Of a DNA stretch of 31,098 nt, positions 17,563 to 24,784 are shown one piece after another. Made by a program: the position numbers and the translations under genes. How positions within the stretch are numbered: the first letter of the stretch is position 1; every line of letters begins with the position of its first letter. A model generated the notes under the pieces. That model had not been told where the DNA came from, ran no database searches, and saw only the letters and a program-made list of their open reading frames with translations. Source of the DNA: a virus (Duplodnaviria; Caudoviricetes); IMG/VR virus record IMGVR_UViG_3300011339_000356, positions 1-31,098 of that record. One strand, written 5' to 3'.

Positions 17563-17801
17563 ATTACTTTCAAGCTCACAAACTGCTAGACGAAGTGCGA
17601 GATGGACACAATCACAGCTACGCCGACATCACTAAAGCACTTGAACTGGTTGGAGACATTGACCCAGACGTATGCGGAGATGGCACTAGCTGGTGGCGAC
17701 CAGGCGCAAAAAGATGGCAGACGGGACTACCTGGTGCAACGATTTGTCGAACTGGAACAGGATTTTCCAGGAATCACAGCAATAATTCACCAAAAAATTA
17801 A
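17559..17801 (+). CDS. Hypothetical protein
   Basis: TTG start overlapping the methyltransferase stop (TTGA), SD GGAG; MNYFQAHKLLDEVRDG... Confidence 0.5.
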   Translation: MNYFQAHKLLDEVRDGHNHSYADITKALELVGDIDPDVCGDGTSWWRPGAKRWQTGLPGATICRTGTGFSRNHSNNSPKN

Positions 17802-17823
17802 GTTTTTGAAAAAGGAAAAATAA
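17602..17823 (+). CDS. Hypothetical protein overlapping the previous ORF (start uncertain, possibly TTG 17650)
   Basis: Helical-looking C-terminal half ending 2 nt before the next ATG. Confidence 0.4.
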   Translation: MDTITATPTSLKHLNWLETLTQTYAEMALAGGDQAQKDGRRDYLVQRFVELEQDFPGITAIIHQKIKFLKKEK

Positions 17824-17825
17824 AA

Positions 17826-18089
17826 ATGAATAATTTCATTGATTTTTTAATTGTTAAAGCAGTAATAGAATACAAAGATGGTTTTCGTGGAAAAGCAACA
17901 TGGAAATTTGATAAAACGTGGCAATCAATTAGTGTTGATGATTGCGTTCATTTGGTAGCTCAATTGATAAACAGCGGTGACAAAAGAAAGGTTATTGGGT
18001 CAATACAAATACTAATTGATTACGAAAAATATGTAGAAAAAGAAAAAAAAGATATGCTAAAAAAAGCCATTGAGATAGCCATAAAATGA
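17826..18089 (+). CDS. AT-rich hypothetical protein
   Basis: 87 aa, visibly lower GC than its flanks; ATGA coupling to rusA. Confidence 0.6.
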   Translation: MNNFIDFLIVKAVIEYKDGFRGKATWKFDKTWQSISVDDCVHLVAQLINSGDKRKVIGSIQILIDYEKYVEKEKKDMLKKAIEIAIK

Positions 18090-18508
18090 TGCAAATCTGT
18101 TTTGAAGTGCCAGGGCCACCAAGAGGGAAGGGCAGGCCACGATTTGCACGGCGGGGTAATTTTGTTAAAACCTACACCGATGCCGCCACTGCAAGCTACG
18201 AAAATCAAATCAAATTTTACGCTTTGCAAGCAATGGGCAGCAGTGAACCGCTTAAAACGGCGCTAGAGGCGTTTATTTACGTCAGGCTACCTGTGCCACA
18301 GTCATATTCCAAAAAGCGCACTGAGGCCTGTTTAAGTGGCTTGGAGAGGCCATGCAAGAAGCCAGACCTGGACAATGTTGTCAAATCCTTCATGGATGGC
18401 ATGAACGGCATTATTTACCAAGATGATGACCAGGTAGTTGATTTGCACTCAACCAAAAGGTATTCAGAAAATGCTGGCGTGGATATTTTAATAAAGGAAA
18501 TAATGTGA
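18086..18508 (+). CDS. rusA: RusA-family Holliday junction resolvase
   Basis: PGPPRGKGRPRF, KKPDLDNVVKSFMDGMNG..YQDDDQVV. Confidence 0.92.
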   Translation: MMQICFEVPGPPRGKGRPRFARRGNFVKTYTDAATASYENQIKFYALQAMGSSEPLKTALEAFIYVRLPVPQSYSKKRTEACLSGLERPCKKPDLDNVVKSFMDGMNGIIYQDDDQVVDLHSTKRYSENAGVDILIKEIM

Positions 18509-18909
18509 AAATTGCAGTCTGGGAACCTGTCCAGGCCCACAAAGAAATGATGACCGTGATCTGGCCTACGCTTAAATCCATGCTGATGGCTGGGCACAAG
18601 ATGACGATTGAGATTAAGCAAAGCAGGCGCAGCACAGAACAGAACGCCATGTTTCACAGTTTGATAGGCAAAATCAGCACAGCAATGGCGGCAGCAGGCA
18701 GCACCTGGACAGCAGATGATTGGAAAAGATTGCTGGTTGACCAGTGGGCGCACGACACAAATCGTCAGATTGGCAAGGTCTGCCCGAGCTTGGACGGGGA
18801 GCGCATTGTGCAGCTGGGCCTACAAAGCCATAAATTCAGCACAGCTGAGAGCAGTGAATTTATTGAATTCCTGTACGCTTGGGCAGCAAACAAGGGATTG
18901 ACGCTGTAA
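18505..18909 (+). CDS. ninB: NinB/Orf-family recombination protein
   Basis: RRSTEQNAMFHSL...IS, DDWKRLL, SEFIEFLYAWAA. Confidence 0.85.
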   Translation: MKIAVWEPVQAHKEMMTVIWPTLKSMLMAGHKMTIEIKQSRRSTEQNAMFHSLIGKISTAMAAAGSTWTADDWKRLLVDQWAHDTNRQIGKVCPSLDGERIVQLGLQSHKFSTAESSEFIEFLYAWAANKGLTL

Positions 18910-18939
18910 TGTGCTATATTTCTATTGCAGTTGCCTTTT

Positions 18940-18962
18940 GGGGGTGTTGACCCCCGCTTTTT
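18940..18962 (+). terminator. Possible intrinsic terminator at the early/late boundary
   Basis: GGGGG-TGTTGA-CCCCC-GC-TTTTT after ninB. Confidence 0.4.
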
Positions 18963-18970
18963 GGACAGAT

Positions 18971-19336
18971 ATGCCAAACATTGACGACATTGCTGAGTTC
19001 ATTGCCCAGCTGTTTCACTCAGCCACGGTGACGCATCTGCTCCATTTGTCCACTGACAGCTACAGCAAGCACAAAGCCCTGGGCAAGTATTACCCTGCAA
19101 TTGTTGAGCTGACCGACAAGTTTGCCGAGAACTTCCAGGGAAAGTACGAGAAGATTAGGAAGTACCCTGAGGAATACCACAGCGCTAGTGACCCCATTGC
19201 TTACCTGCAAGGCATCCAGGCGTTTGTGACCGAGGCCAGAGTGTCATTGCCCGAAGACACAGAATTGCAAAACATTGTTGATGAAATCGCAGAACTAATC
19301 AACTCTACCCTGTACCGCCTGCGCTTTTTGGAGTAA
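18971..19336 (+). CDS. Ferritin/Dps-like four-helix protein (DUF5856-like)
   Basis: HLLHLSTDSYSKHKALGKYY...DKFAE..QG, LQNIVDEI...TLYRL; start ATG 18971 after GGA. Confidence 0.75.
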   Translation: MPNIDDIAEFIAQLFHSATVTHLLHLSTDSYSKHKALGKYYPAIVELTDKFAENFQGKYEKIRKYPEEYHSASDPIAYLQGIQAFVTEARVSLPEDTELQNIVDEIAELINSTLYRLRFLE

Positions 19337-19338
19337 AC

Positions 19339-19524
19339 ATGAACGGCAAAATGGAAAAAATGGAAAAGATGGAGCCAAAAGCTGAAAAAGCAGCAATGCA
19401 GCCAATGGCCCAACCCATGATGAAGGCCAAAGCGCCGCAGCCAATGGGATACTCTGGCACTTACGACAGCGGCAAAATGGATAAGGGCAGCTGCTACGAC
19501 CACGGACGGAAAAGCGGTCAATGA
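19339..19524 (+). CDS. Small Met/Lys-rich protein
   Basis: 61 aa with KMEKMEKME repeat; SD GGAG. Confidence 0.6.
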   Translation: MNGKMEKMEKMEPKAEKAAMQPMAQPMMKAKAPQPMGYSGTYDSGKMDKGSCYDHGRKSGQ

Positions 19525-19760
19525 ATTGCGCCACCTGTAGGATGTTCCAAGACCAGCCCATCATGGGCGTCTGTCGGCTGTATCCTATGACGCAAAACAA
19601 GCAAAGAACCGATTGGTGTGGTCAATTTGCTGCCATCGAAACCGCCAGGACAATCACAGAAGTGCCTGTTTACGACATAATGACCGACACCATCACCCCG
19701 AACATTGTCCCTAGAATCAAACGAAAATACGAGCGTAAAAATGTTCAAGCCACTGCGTGA
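19521..19760 (+). CDS. Small Cys-rich protein
   Basis: CATCRMF...GVCRLYP...DWCGQF. Confidence 0.65.
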   Translation: MNCATCRMFQDQPIMGVCRLYPMTQNKQRTDWCGQFAAIETARTITEVPVYDIMTDTITPNIVPRIKRKYERKNVQATA

Positions 19761-20010
19761 CCGTGTAGTTGTCAAGCCCCAGGTGCGCCAGCTGAGCGAC
19801 TTGATTTATGTGGACAACAAGGAACCGTTCAACGAAGGCACCATCGTGGCAGTTGGCCCCCTGGTGACCGATGTCGCAGTGGGCGACTTTATCAAGTACG
19901 GCAACGGTGATTATCTGAATTGGCCTACCCAGACCGAGAATGGGCAGGATTATCAAATCATTCAAGAGGCCGACATCTGTGCGGTTGTGGAGTTCGAAAA
20001 TGGCAAATAA
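19741..20010 (+). CDS. groES: GroES/Cpn10-like co-chaperonin
   Basis: MFKPLRDRVVVKP, GTIVAVGP, VAVGDFI, Y.II.E.DI.AVVE. Confidence 0.85.
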   Translation: MFKPLRDRVVVKPQVRQLSDLIYVDNKEPFNEGTIVAVGPLVTDVAVGDFIKYGNGDYLNWPTQTENGQDYQIIQEADICAVVEFENGK

Positions 20011-20167
20011 ACCCGGTTTGTATGCAAATATTCACGCTAAGCAAGAGCGCATCGAGCGCCAAAAGGATGCTGGCAAGACCCCGGAGCGCATGAGATCACC
20101 AGGCTCAAAAGGTGCGCCCACCGCAGCAGCGTTCAAAGCCAGCGCCAAGACCGCTAAAAAGCAATGA
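20000..20167 (+). CDS. Small basic protein
   Basis: MANKPGLYANIHAKQERI...ERMRSPGSKGAPTAAAFKASAKTAKK; SD GGAG. Confidence 0.7.
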   Translation: MANKPGLYANIHAKQERIERQKDAGKTPERMRSPGSKGAPTAAAFKASAKTAKKQ

Positions 20168-20436
20168 GCAAGCACGACAAGCCCATCCCGCACAAGACCA
20201 CGGGCAAGGGCAAGACTTACAACCCGACTGAGCAGGGCGCAGGAATGACTGCTGCTGGACGGGCTGCTTACAACGCAAAGAACAACTCAAATCTCAAGCC
20301 GCCAGCCCCAAATCCAAAGACCAAAGCAGATGCAGGCCGCAAGGCCAGCTTTTGTGCGAGGATGGAAGGGGTTGTACAACACGCCAAAGGCCCAGCAGAA
20401 CGGGCAAAGGCATCCCTCAAAAACTGGAACTGTTAA
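20164..20436 (+). CDS. Small basic protein (DUF6321-like)
   Basis: GMTAAGRAAYN...LKPP...RKASFCARM...SLKNWNC. Confidence 0.7.
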   Translation: MSKHDKPIPHKTTGKGKTYNPTEQGAGMTAAGRAAYNAKNNSNLKPPAPNPKTKADAGRKASFCARMEGVVQHAKGPAERAKASLKNWNC

Positions 20437-20445
20437 AGGAAAATT

Positions 20446-20850
20446 ATGTCAAACTCAGTCGCAATTGGTGTCGCATACTCCGACCCAGAATTTACAACTT
20501 GCTTTGCCAGTGATTCAATTGGCTACACCAGCGCTGCACAAACAGCAGTAACCCAAGCCACCAGCAAATCCACAGGCGTTACTGCCAACACCAGTGCGGG
20601 TCAGATCACAATGAACGCCGCATCATTGGCAACATTGACGAATGTGACCTTTACCCTGACAAACTCGCTATTGAGTGCCAAGGACGTTGTGATTGTGAAT
20701 GTGGCAAGCGCCAACGCAACCGCAGGAGCTTACAACTGCTGGATTAGCTCAATGTTGGCTGGCAGTTGCACGATCACGTTGCGGAACATCACCGCCGGGT
20801 CATTGTCAGAGGCTGTGGTGATCAACTTTGCCATTATCCACGCATCGTAA
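20446..20850 (+). CDS. Beta-rich structural/decoration protein, paralogous to 1425..2024
   Basis: IGY......VTQATSKSTGVT.N...GQITM...FTLTNS...DVVIVN...INFAII; SD AAGGA. Confidence 0.7.
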   Translation: MSNSVAIGVAYSDPEFTTCFASDSIGYTSAAQTAVTQATSKSTGVTANTSAGQITMNAASLATLTNVTFTLTNSLLSAKDVVIVNVASANATAGAYNCWISSMLAGSCTITLRNITAGSLSEAVVINFAIIHAS

Positions 20851-20853
20851 ACC

Positions 20854-21687
20854 ATGATTGGTCAAAGCCTGCTGAGTCAGATGCTCCCTGCAAGCAGGGA
20901 CATCCGCTATGGGCAAGGCCAGAATCAAGGCCAGATGATGGGCGGTGGCGGTGACGGGCGCAGCGCACCAACGGCATTTGACATGATGTCGAACGCTGAA
21001 AAAGCCGCTTTTTACAGCAACAATCCCACGATGGCTGGCATTACCCAGTTTGGTCAAAAGGCAATGAATTACGCCCCCTTTGGGGTTGGTTTGGCAATGC
21101 GAGCGCAGCAGGCCATGTTCCCGCAATTTGTGGCTGACCAGCAATCGGTAGCCCGTGGGATTGACCCTGGTACTGGGCTGCAAGTAGGTGGCTATGGTTC
21201 GCAACCAGGCACTTCTGGCATAACCCCCACCGGGCTGTACGGCGACCAGTTTGCGGGTATGCCTGCGCCACAGTCTAAAGGGTTTTTTGAATCTTTGTTA
21301 AGCGGTATTCTTCCCAGTTCCAATGTGTCTTTAAACCCAGCGCCAGTTGAAACTCGGGAGGTAACGCCTAACCCAAATGCAGTAGCTGCAAGTCTTGGTG
21401 GCTACGGTGACGGCATGGGCGGTGGTGGCGGCGGTTCTTATGGTGGGCCTGGCGGCGCTGGCTTTGGTGGCGGTAGCCAAGCATTTGCCGAAGGCGGCAT
21501 GGTCAGGCTCAAAGACTTGTTAGGCAAGGCACCAGGCCCAGACGATGGCTACGCAGCACTGCAAGACGGCGAGTTTGTCATCAAAAAGGATGCAGTCAAG
21601 CGCTACGGCGTCAAGATGCTCGAGCAAATCAACAGGCGCAAGATAGCCAAGAAACAGGTTAGCAAATTCTTCAAGAATCATGGCTGA
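20854..21687 (+). CDS. Gly-rich protein with C-terminal A.GG.V...D...A.L..GEFV motif
   Basis: FAEGGMV...PGPDDGYAALQDGEFVIKKDAVKRYG..MLEQIN resembles C-termini of tape-measure and ejected proteins. Confidence 0.65.
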   Translation: MIGQSLLSQMLPASRDIRYGQGQNQGQMMGGGGDGRSAPTAFDMMSNAEKAAFYSNNPTMAGITQFGQKAMNYAPFGVGLAMRAQQAMFPQFVADQQSVARGIDPGTGLQVGGYGSQPGTSGITPTGLYGDQFAGMPAPQSKGFFESLLSGILPSSNVSLNPAPVETREVTPNPNAVAASLGGYGDGMGGGGGGSYGGPGGAGFGGGSQAFAEGGMVRLKDLLGKAPGPDDGYAALQDGEFVIKKDAVKRYGVKMLEQINRRKIAKKQVSKFFKNHG

Positions 21688-23791
21688 CAATCTGCTCAGT
21701 TCTTTTTTGCCAAATGATAGGGCAGCAACGGGGTTTTTCCCGCAGATGAAGCCCAGGCGCAGGTTCCAAGACCCAGAAGCATCAGCCAATGTGCCTTTAG
21801 ATGTCACCCGAGGGCGGCTGGCTGGGTTGCTTGGTCTACCAGCTGATCTTTTAAATTTAAAACGATTTCTTTTGCCACAAGAAGCGGTTGACGCTTTAGA
21901 TAAATACCAAATGATTCGGCCAGAGGTTCCTTATGGGACAGAGCAATTTTTAAAAGATTTGCCGTTAGCCCCAACGTCCAGGGTTGGTGAAGTTGCTGGG
22001 CAAGCAGGTGCCTTTGTGCCTTTGAACCCGATGCCAGCAGCCAGAGCAGTTGCAGCTGGTGCCAGGGCACTAGGGCCAACGGCGGTAAGGATGGGCGAGG
22101 GTTACCTGCAGCGGCAGGGGTTGATGCCTGGAGCAAAAGAGCCAGGAATGTCTTTAAGCAGTTTGATGGACAACCCGCAAGGATTAGCCAATTCAATTAC
22201 AGAACAAAAAGTTCTTGCTGCACAAAATAAGGTAATGAAAAGCAAAGCATATGACGATTTGTCAAGCAAGCAAAAAGTTCAAGCGTTAGATTCAGTAAGA
22301 GCAAAAATTGAAAAAACTGGTGTTGTCAGAAAAAAATCTGATTTAATGAAAGTTGTTAATGGCGAAGAAGACATTGCTGATTCAATATTAACTAACGAGG
22401 CATTTAAGATTACTGGAGTAATTCCAAAATCAGTTGTTGATGATGCGTTGCTAACCAGAACCAGGATGAAGGCAGAGCCAGCAACAACACCTGGTGCCGA
22501 TGCAAGCATCAAAGAGTGGAAAGAATGGGGAGAAAAGCACGGCGTAAATATGACGCTGACCGAACCAAAATCGTTAGGGATTACTGATTTGACCAGCAAA
22601 CGTGAGGTTCAAATACCAGGTGGTCTGGAAGGCACATTCACAATTCCTGATATGTTTTGGATGAAAGCCAACAATATTGACCCAGCATCATTGCCAAAAG
22701 AAACCCATGATGCGTTGATGAAAAAATTGATACGGACGCACAAAGTAGAAAACCCAGATCAAGTTGACGTTTTTAATCGGTTAAATTTTGCTTTGTTGTC
22801 CCCCAATGCACCGCTAACGCCCAACGAGTTTTTAGCTCAGCGGCTGCGTTTGACCAACATGGATGAGTTGCAGGCATTGGCTGGGCGAGTCGATGAGCCT
22901 GGACTAGGTAGGACAGCACAAGAACAAACGGGAGTGCAAGCAGCTGCTCGAGGCGGCATGGGCGTGTTAGGCACTGCTAATCTAGGCAACCAGGCAATGC
23001 TGGCAAAGTTGATTCTGCAAAAACCAGAAATGTTCCAGATGGCCCCCGGCGAGACAATGCGAGATGTGACCATCAGGGTAATGAACCAGGTGCCTGGGCT
23101 AGGTCCGAAAACAGCATCACTTGGCACCCCTTGGCTAAACTTGGAAAAGGCCAATACGTCAGCAGTTGACCTTCATATGATTCGTCACTCATTCAATCGG
23201 ATGTTAGATGACCCGGTAGTTGGTGAAGCGTTTGTCAAACGGATGGCAGGAAAATTAAAAGTAGAGCCAAACAAAACAGCAATTTTAGAAAAACCTGCCC
23301 AAGAGGTTGAAGATGCCGCAATTGATGTTATTGGCGGTTCATCATTGGCAAAAATGTATCGGACAAAATCTGGTGAATTGAATGCAATCCCAGACATTGC
23401 AACGCCTGACAAATTGGCGTATGAGCCAAAACAAATACAAGATTTCAACCCGTTTTACAAGCGAGTGGTTGACTATGTAGATGAGTCCAGGGGAATGAAC
23501 CCTGAGCTAGAGTTGTTTCCAGAGCAGTGGCGCAAGTGGGACATTTACCGCCAGCGCATAGAGCCACATGAGTTTGCCCATCCTGACTACCGATCATTGC
23601 CGCGGCAGTCCTGGACTGAAATGCGGGATGCTTTGACTGCTCACAAGCAAGCTGGCTACACACAAGCTGACAATCCAGTGATGGCACCAACTGATTGGCG
23701 CAAGCTGTATTACGGCAGCATACCCCCATTAGGTGTGGGTGCAGCATTACAAGACCAGCAGCAGAACAGTCTCAATTCATTCATTCAATAA
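21680..23791 (+). CDS. Large two-part protein with an HhH-GPD DNA-glycosylase-like domain
   Basis: FNRLNFALLSPN ... MNQVPGLGPKTAS ... SAVDLHMIR; Gly/Ala-rich N-terminal ~150 aa. Confidence 0.65.
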   Translation: MADNLLSSFLPNDRAATGFFPQMKPRRRFQDPEASANVPLDVTRGRLAGLLGLPADLLNLKRFLLPQEAVDALDKYQMIRPEVPYGTEQFLKDLPLAPTSRVGEVAGQAGAFVPLNPMPAARAVAAGARALGPTAVRMGEGYLQRQGLMPGAKEPGMSLSSLMDNPQGLANSITEQKVLAAQNKVMKSKAYDDLSSKQKVQALDSVRAKIEKTGVVRKKSDLMKVVNGEEDIADSILTNEAFKITGVIPKSVVDDALLTRTRMKAEPATTPGADASIKEWKEWGEKHGVNMTLTEPKSLGITDLTSKREVQIPGGLEGTFTIPDMFWMKANNIDPASLPKETHDALMKKLIRTHKVENPDQVDVFNRLNFALLSPNAPLTPNEFLAQRLRLTNMDELQALAGRVDEPGLGRTAQEQTGVQAAARGGMGVLGTANLGNQAMLAKLILQKPEMFQMAPGETMRDVTIRVMNQVPGLGPKTASLGTPWLNLEKANTSAVDLHMIRHSFNRMLDDPVVGEAFVKRMAGKLKVEPNKTAILEKPAQEVEDAAIDVIGGSSLAKMYRTKSGELNAIPDIATPDKLAYEPKQIQDFNPFYKRVVDYVDESRGMNPELELFPEQWRKWDIYRQRIEPHEFAHPDYRSLPRQSWTEMRDALTAHKQAGYTQADNPVMAPTDWRKLYYGSIPPLGVGAALQDQQQNSLNSFIQ

Positions 23792-23802
23792 CAGGACAGA
23801 AA

Positions 23803-23949
23803 ATGCCCCTAATCAAGTCACCTAGTCCTAAGGCGATGAGCAAGAACATTGGCAAGGAAATAGCAGCAGGCAAGCCTGTTAAGCAGGCAGTGGCAATTGC
23901 GTACGCAGTAAAAAGAGAAGCAGCCAAAGACGTTAAAGCAAAAAAGTAA
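23803..23949 (+). CDS. Small basic protein
   Basis: MPLIKSPSPKAMSKNIGKEIAAGKPVKQAVAIAY; SD AGGA; I recognise the KQAVAIA motif from genes near phage packaging modules. Confidence 0.7.
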   Translation: MPLIKSPSPKAMSKNIGKEIAAGKPVKQAVAIAYAVKREAAKDVKAKK

Positions 23950-24014
23950 TGCTTAAAATTGTCCTTGTTGTTATTGTTGTTTTAGTAATCTGGGCATTGA
24001 TTGAGAAAATTTGA
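23949..24014 (+). CDS. 21-aa hydrophobic peptide (not in ORF track)
   Basis: MLKIVLVVIVVLVIWALIEKI*; TAATG coupling to the previous gene. Confidence 0.45.
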   Translation: MLKIVLVVIVVLVIWALIEKI

Positions 24015-24029
24015 TGTACAATTTTTTGG

Positions 24030-24382
24030 TCAAGTGGTGCAACACAAGACGGTATGAGGCCATTTTCTCATGCGTTACCCCCCAAGGGAACTGATGTTGC
24101 ACCATCAGAGCGCAGCAGAAAGTGGCTTTTTGCGTTCCAGTACCGATTGCTGATGGCGAAACAATGAACCCTGTTACGGTTGCTATCGAGAAAAGTGATG
24201 CGCTTACTGACAAGCCAGCGCGTGAACTTGCTAGGGGTATCACAGGAACAGAGCAGAACGGTGATGTGACGACTAGCCCAACGATACGGGCGCTCTGGAA
24301 ATCGAACCTAGCCCTTATGGGTGCAGTAGTCGAAAGATGGCTGAAGTCTGGTGGATATCACCCGCTTGGCTTGTCCTGTGGT
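24030..24382 (+). ncRNA. Candidate large structured RNA upstream of terS
   Basis: More than 10 complementary helices, several with G-U pairs valid only on the + strand; TACAAT -10-like box at 24017-24022. Confidence 0.6.
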
Positions 24383-24415
24383 TAAAATACAACAAACCAG
24401 CTCCCCCATATAAAA

Positions 24416-24784
24416 ATGAGAACCGAACCTGTTAAAGGCTTAATCCCGCAAGCGGCCCATGAGCCAACCGACAAAATGAGAAAACTGGTTGAGAACACCA
24501 GTGGGTTGGGCCTGCCTCACGAGCAGATTGGCATCCTGGTGGGAATAGACGACAAGACGTTACGCAAGTATTACCGCACCGAGCTGGATACGGGCAAGGC
24601 CAAGGCCAATGGGCAGATAGCCAAGACCCTGTTTGCCAAGGCCACAGGCGGCGACACCACGGCATTGATCTGGTGGACAAAGACCCAGCTGCGGTGGGCC
24701 GAGACAGTCAAGCAAGAGATCACTGGCAAAGACGGGGAAGCGCTCCAGGGCATCCAGGTCACGTTTGTCAAGCCCAATGAATGA
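24416..24784 (+). CDS. terS: Terminase small subunit
   Basis: HTH GLPHEQIGILVGIDDKTLRKYYRTEL..GKAKAN, GDTTALIWWTK, EITGKDG; overlaps terL. Confidence 0.85.
   Translation: MRTEPVKGLIPQAAHEPTDKMRKLVENTSGLGLPHEQIGILVGIDDKTLRKYYRTELDTGKAKANGQIAKTLFAKATGGDTTALIWWTKTQLRWAETVKQEITGKDGEALQGIQVTFVKPNE

Noticed and set aside
19348-19374. 9-nt tandem repeat AAAATGGAA
   Set aside because: An in-frame coding repeat (KME x3), too short for an array or switch.
24146-24165. Hammerhead-like CTGATG..GAAA
   Set aside because: The core reads CTGATGG, not CUGANGA. There is no stem II, and the flanks (ATTG/CAAT) pair with each other, which is not hammerhead topology.
24122-24385. 87-aa ORF (and antisense ORF 23971..24243) in the pre-terS gap
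   Set aside because: No SD, no recognisable motif and no coupling; the region is better explained by RNA structure. Not formally excluded.
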